Position numbers and translations under genes: made by a program
Notes under the pieces: model-generated
The model's database searches: none
The model's input: only the letters and a program-made list of their open reading frames with translations
Told to the model about the DNA's origin: nothing
Part shown: positions 63,733-64,000 of the stretch, in pieces
Position numbering within the stretch: the first letter of the stretch is position 1
Layout of the letters: every line of letters starts with the position of its first letter
Assembly: GCA_963701855.1 (NCBI GenBank)
Contig: CAVPBK010000006.1
Coordinates: 1,088,001-1,152,000 of the forward strand
Length of the DNA stretch: 64,000 nt
Source: Nitrospirota bacterium
Lineage (GTDB): Bacteria; Nitrospirota; Nitrospiria; Nitrospirales; Nitrospiraceae
Direction of reading: 5' to 3'

Positions 63733-64000
63733 TCAGTAGAGGCTCTTGCTGACTTCGTCCGACAGTTCACTTTCGTCGCCGGTACTGTTGTAAGCGGAGA
63801 TGGCAAAGTAGTAGGTCTGGCCCTTGGGAAGACGGGAGATTGTATAGCTCGTGACTTTTCCTGTCATGAAGGGAGACCCAGGGAAACTGTACGTGCCGGA
63901 ATTCGTACCGACGTAGATTTTGTAACCGGCCAGATCAGGGTCCACATTCGCCGCCCATCTCAGTGTCGCGTTCCCTGTCGATGGACTAGCAGGAGGCGAA
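63733..64000 (-). CDS. Fibronectin type III domain protein (3' part; runs off the window end)
   Basis: ATLRWAAN.DPDLAGYKIY, YYFAISAYN..G.ES. Confidence 0.85.
   Translation of the reverse strand, partial: SPPASPSTGNATLRWAANVDPDLAGYKIYVGTNSGTYSFPGSPFMTGKVTSYTISRLPKGQTYYFAISAYNSTGDESELSDEVSKSLY

Overview
Bacterial chromosomal window, most likely Nitrospira/Nitrospirota (inferred from the dnaA-dnaN-gyrB-gyrA order without recF, stand-alone PilZ genes, PEP-CTERM proteins and the style of the dispersed repeats). From left to right: the 5' part of a multi-GAF FhlA/NifA-like regulator; an accessory block (nucleotidyl-cyclase-like plus HEPN-like gene pair, truncated globin, a redox/detox operon with a perfect palindromic operator, a type II-like R-M pair); smpB, dciA, gyrA, gyrB, dnaN, dnaA and a probable oriC; a DsrEFH-like trio, hisS and thyX; an orphan Ntn-hydrolase-like gene between two inverted repeat copies; a DAB-type inorganic-carbon uptake operon (dabB, second pump subunit, dabA, PII-like) with a divergent DUF2294/MpsC gene and a frameshifted beta-carbonic anhydrase; selO, a 1090-aa unknown membrane protein, hydrolases, ettA, tldDE and msrA; then a decaying integrated phage-satellite-like element and PEP-CTERM genes. 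Best leads: (1) a three-helix attenuator/riboswitch-like leader in front of the DAB operon, (2) the cyclase-like + HEPN pair as a possible defence system, (3) a family of dispersed palindromic elements that share one GTAC-hairpin core but have different outer arms and often flank foreign genes. All family calls come from motif recognition by eye; no searches were run.
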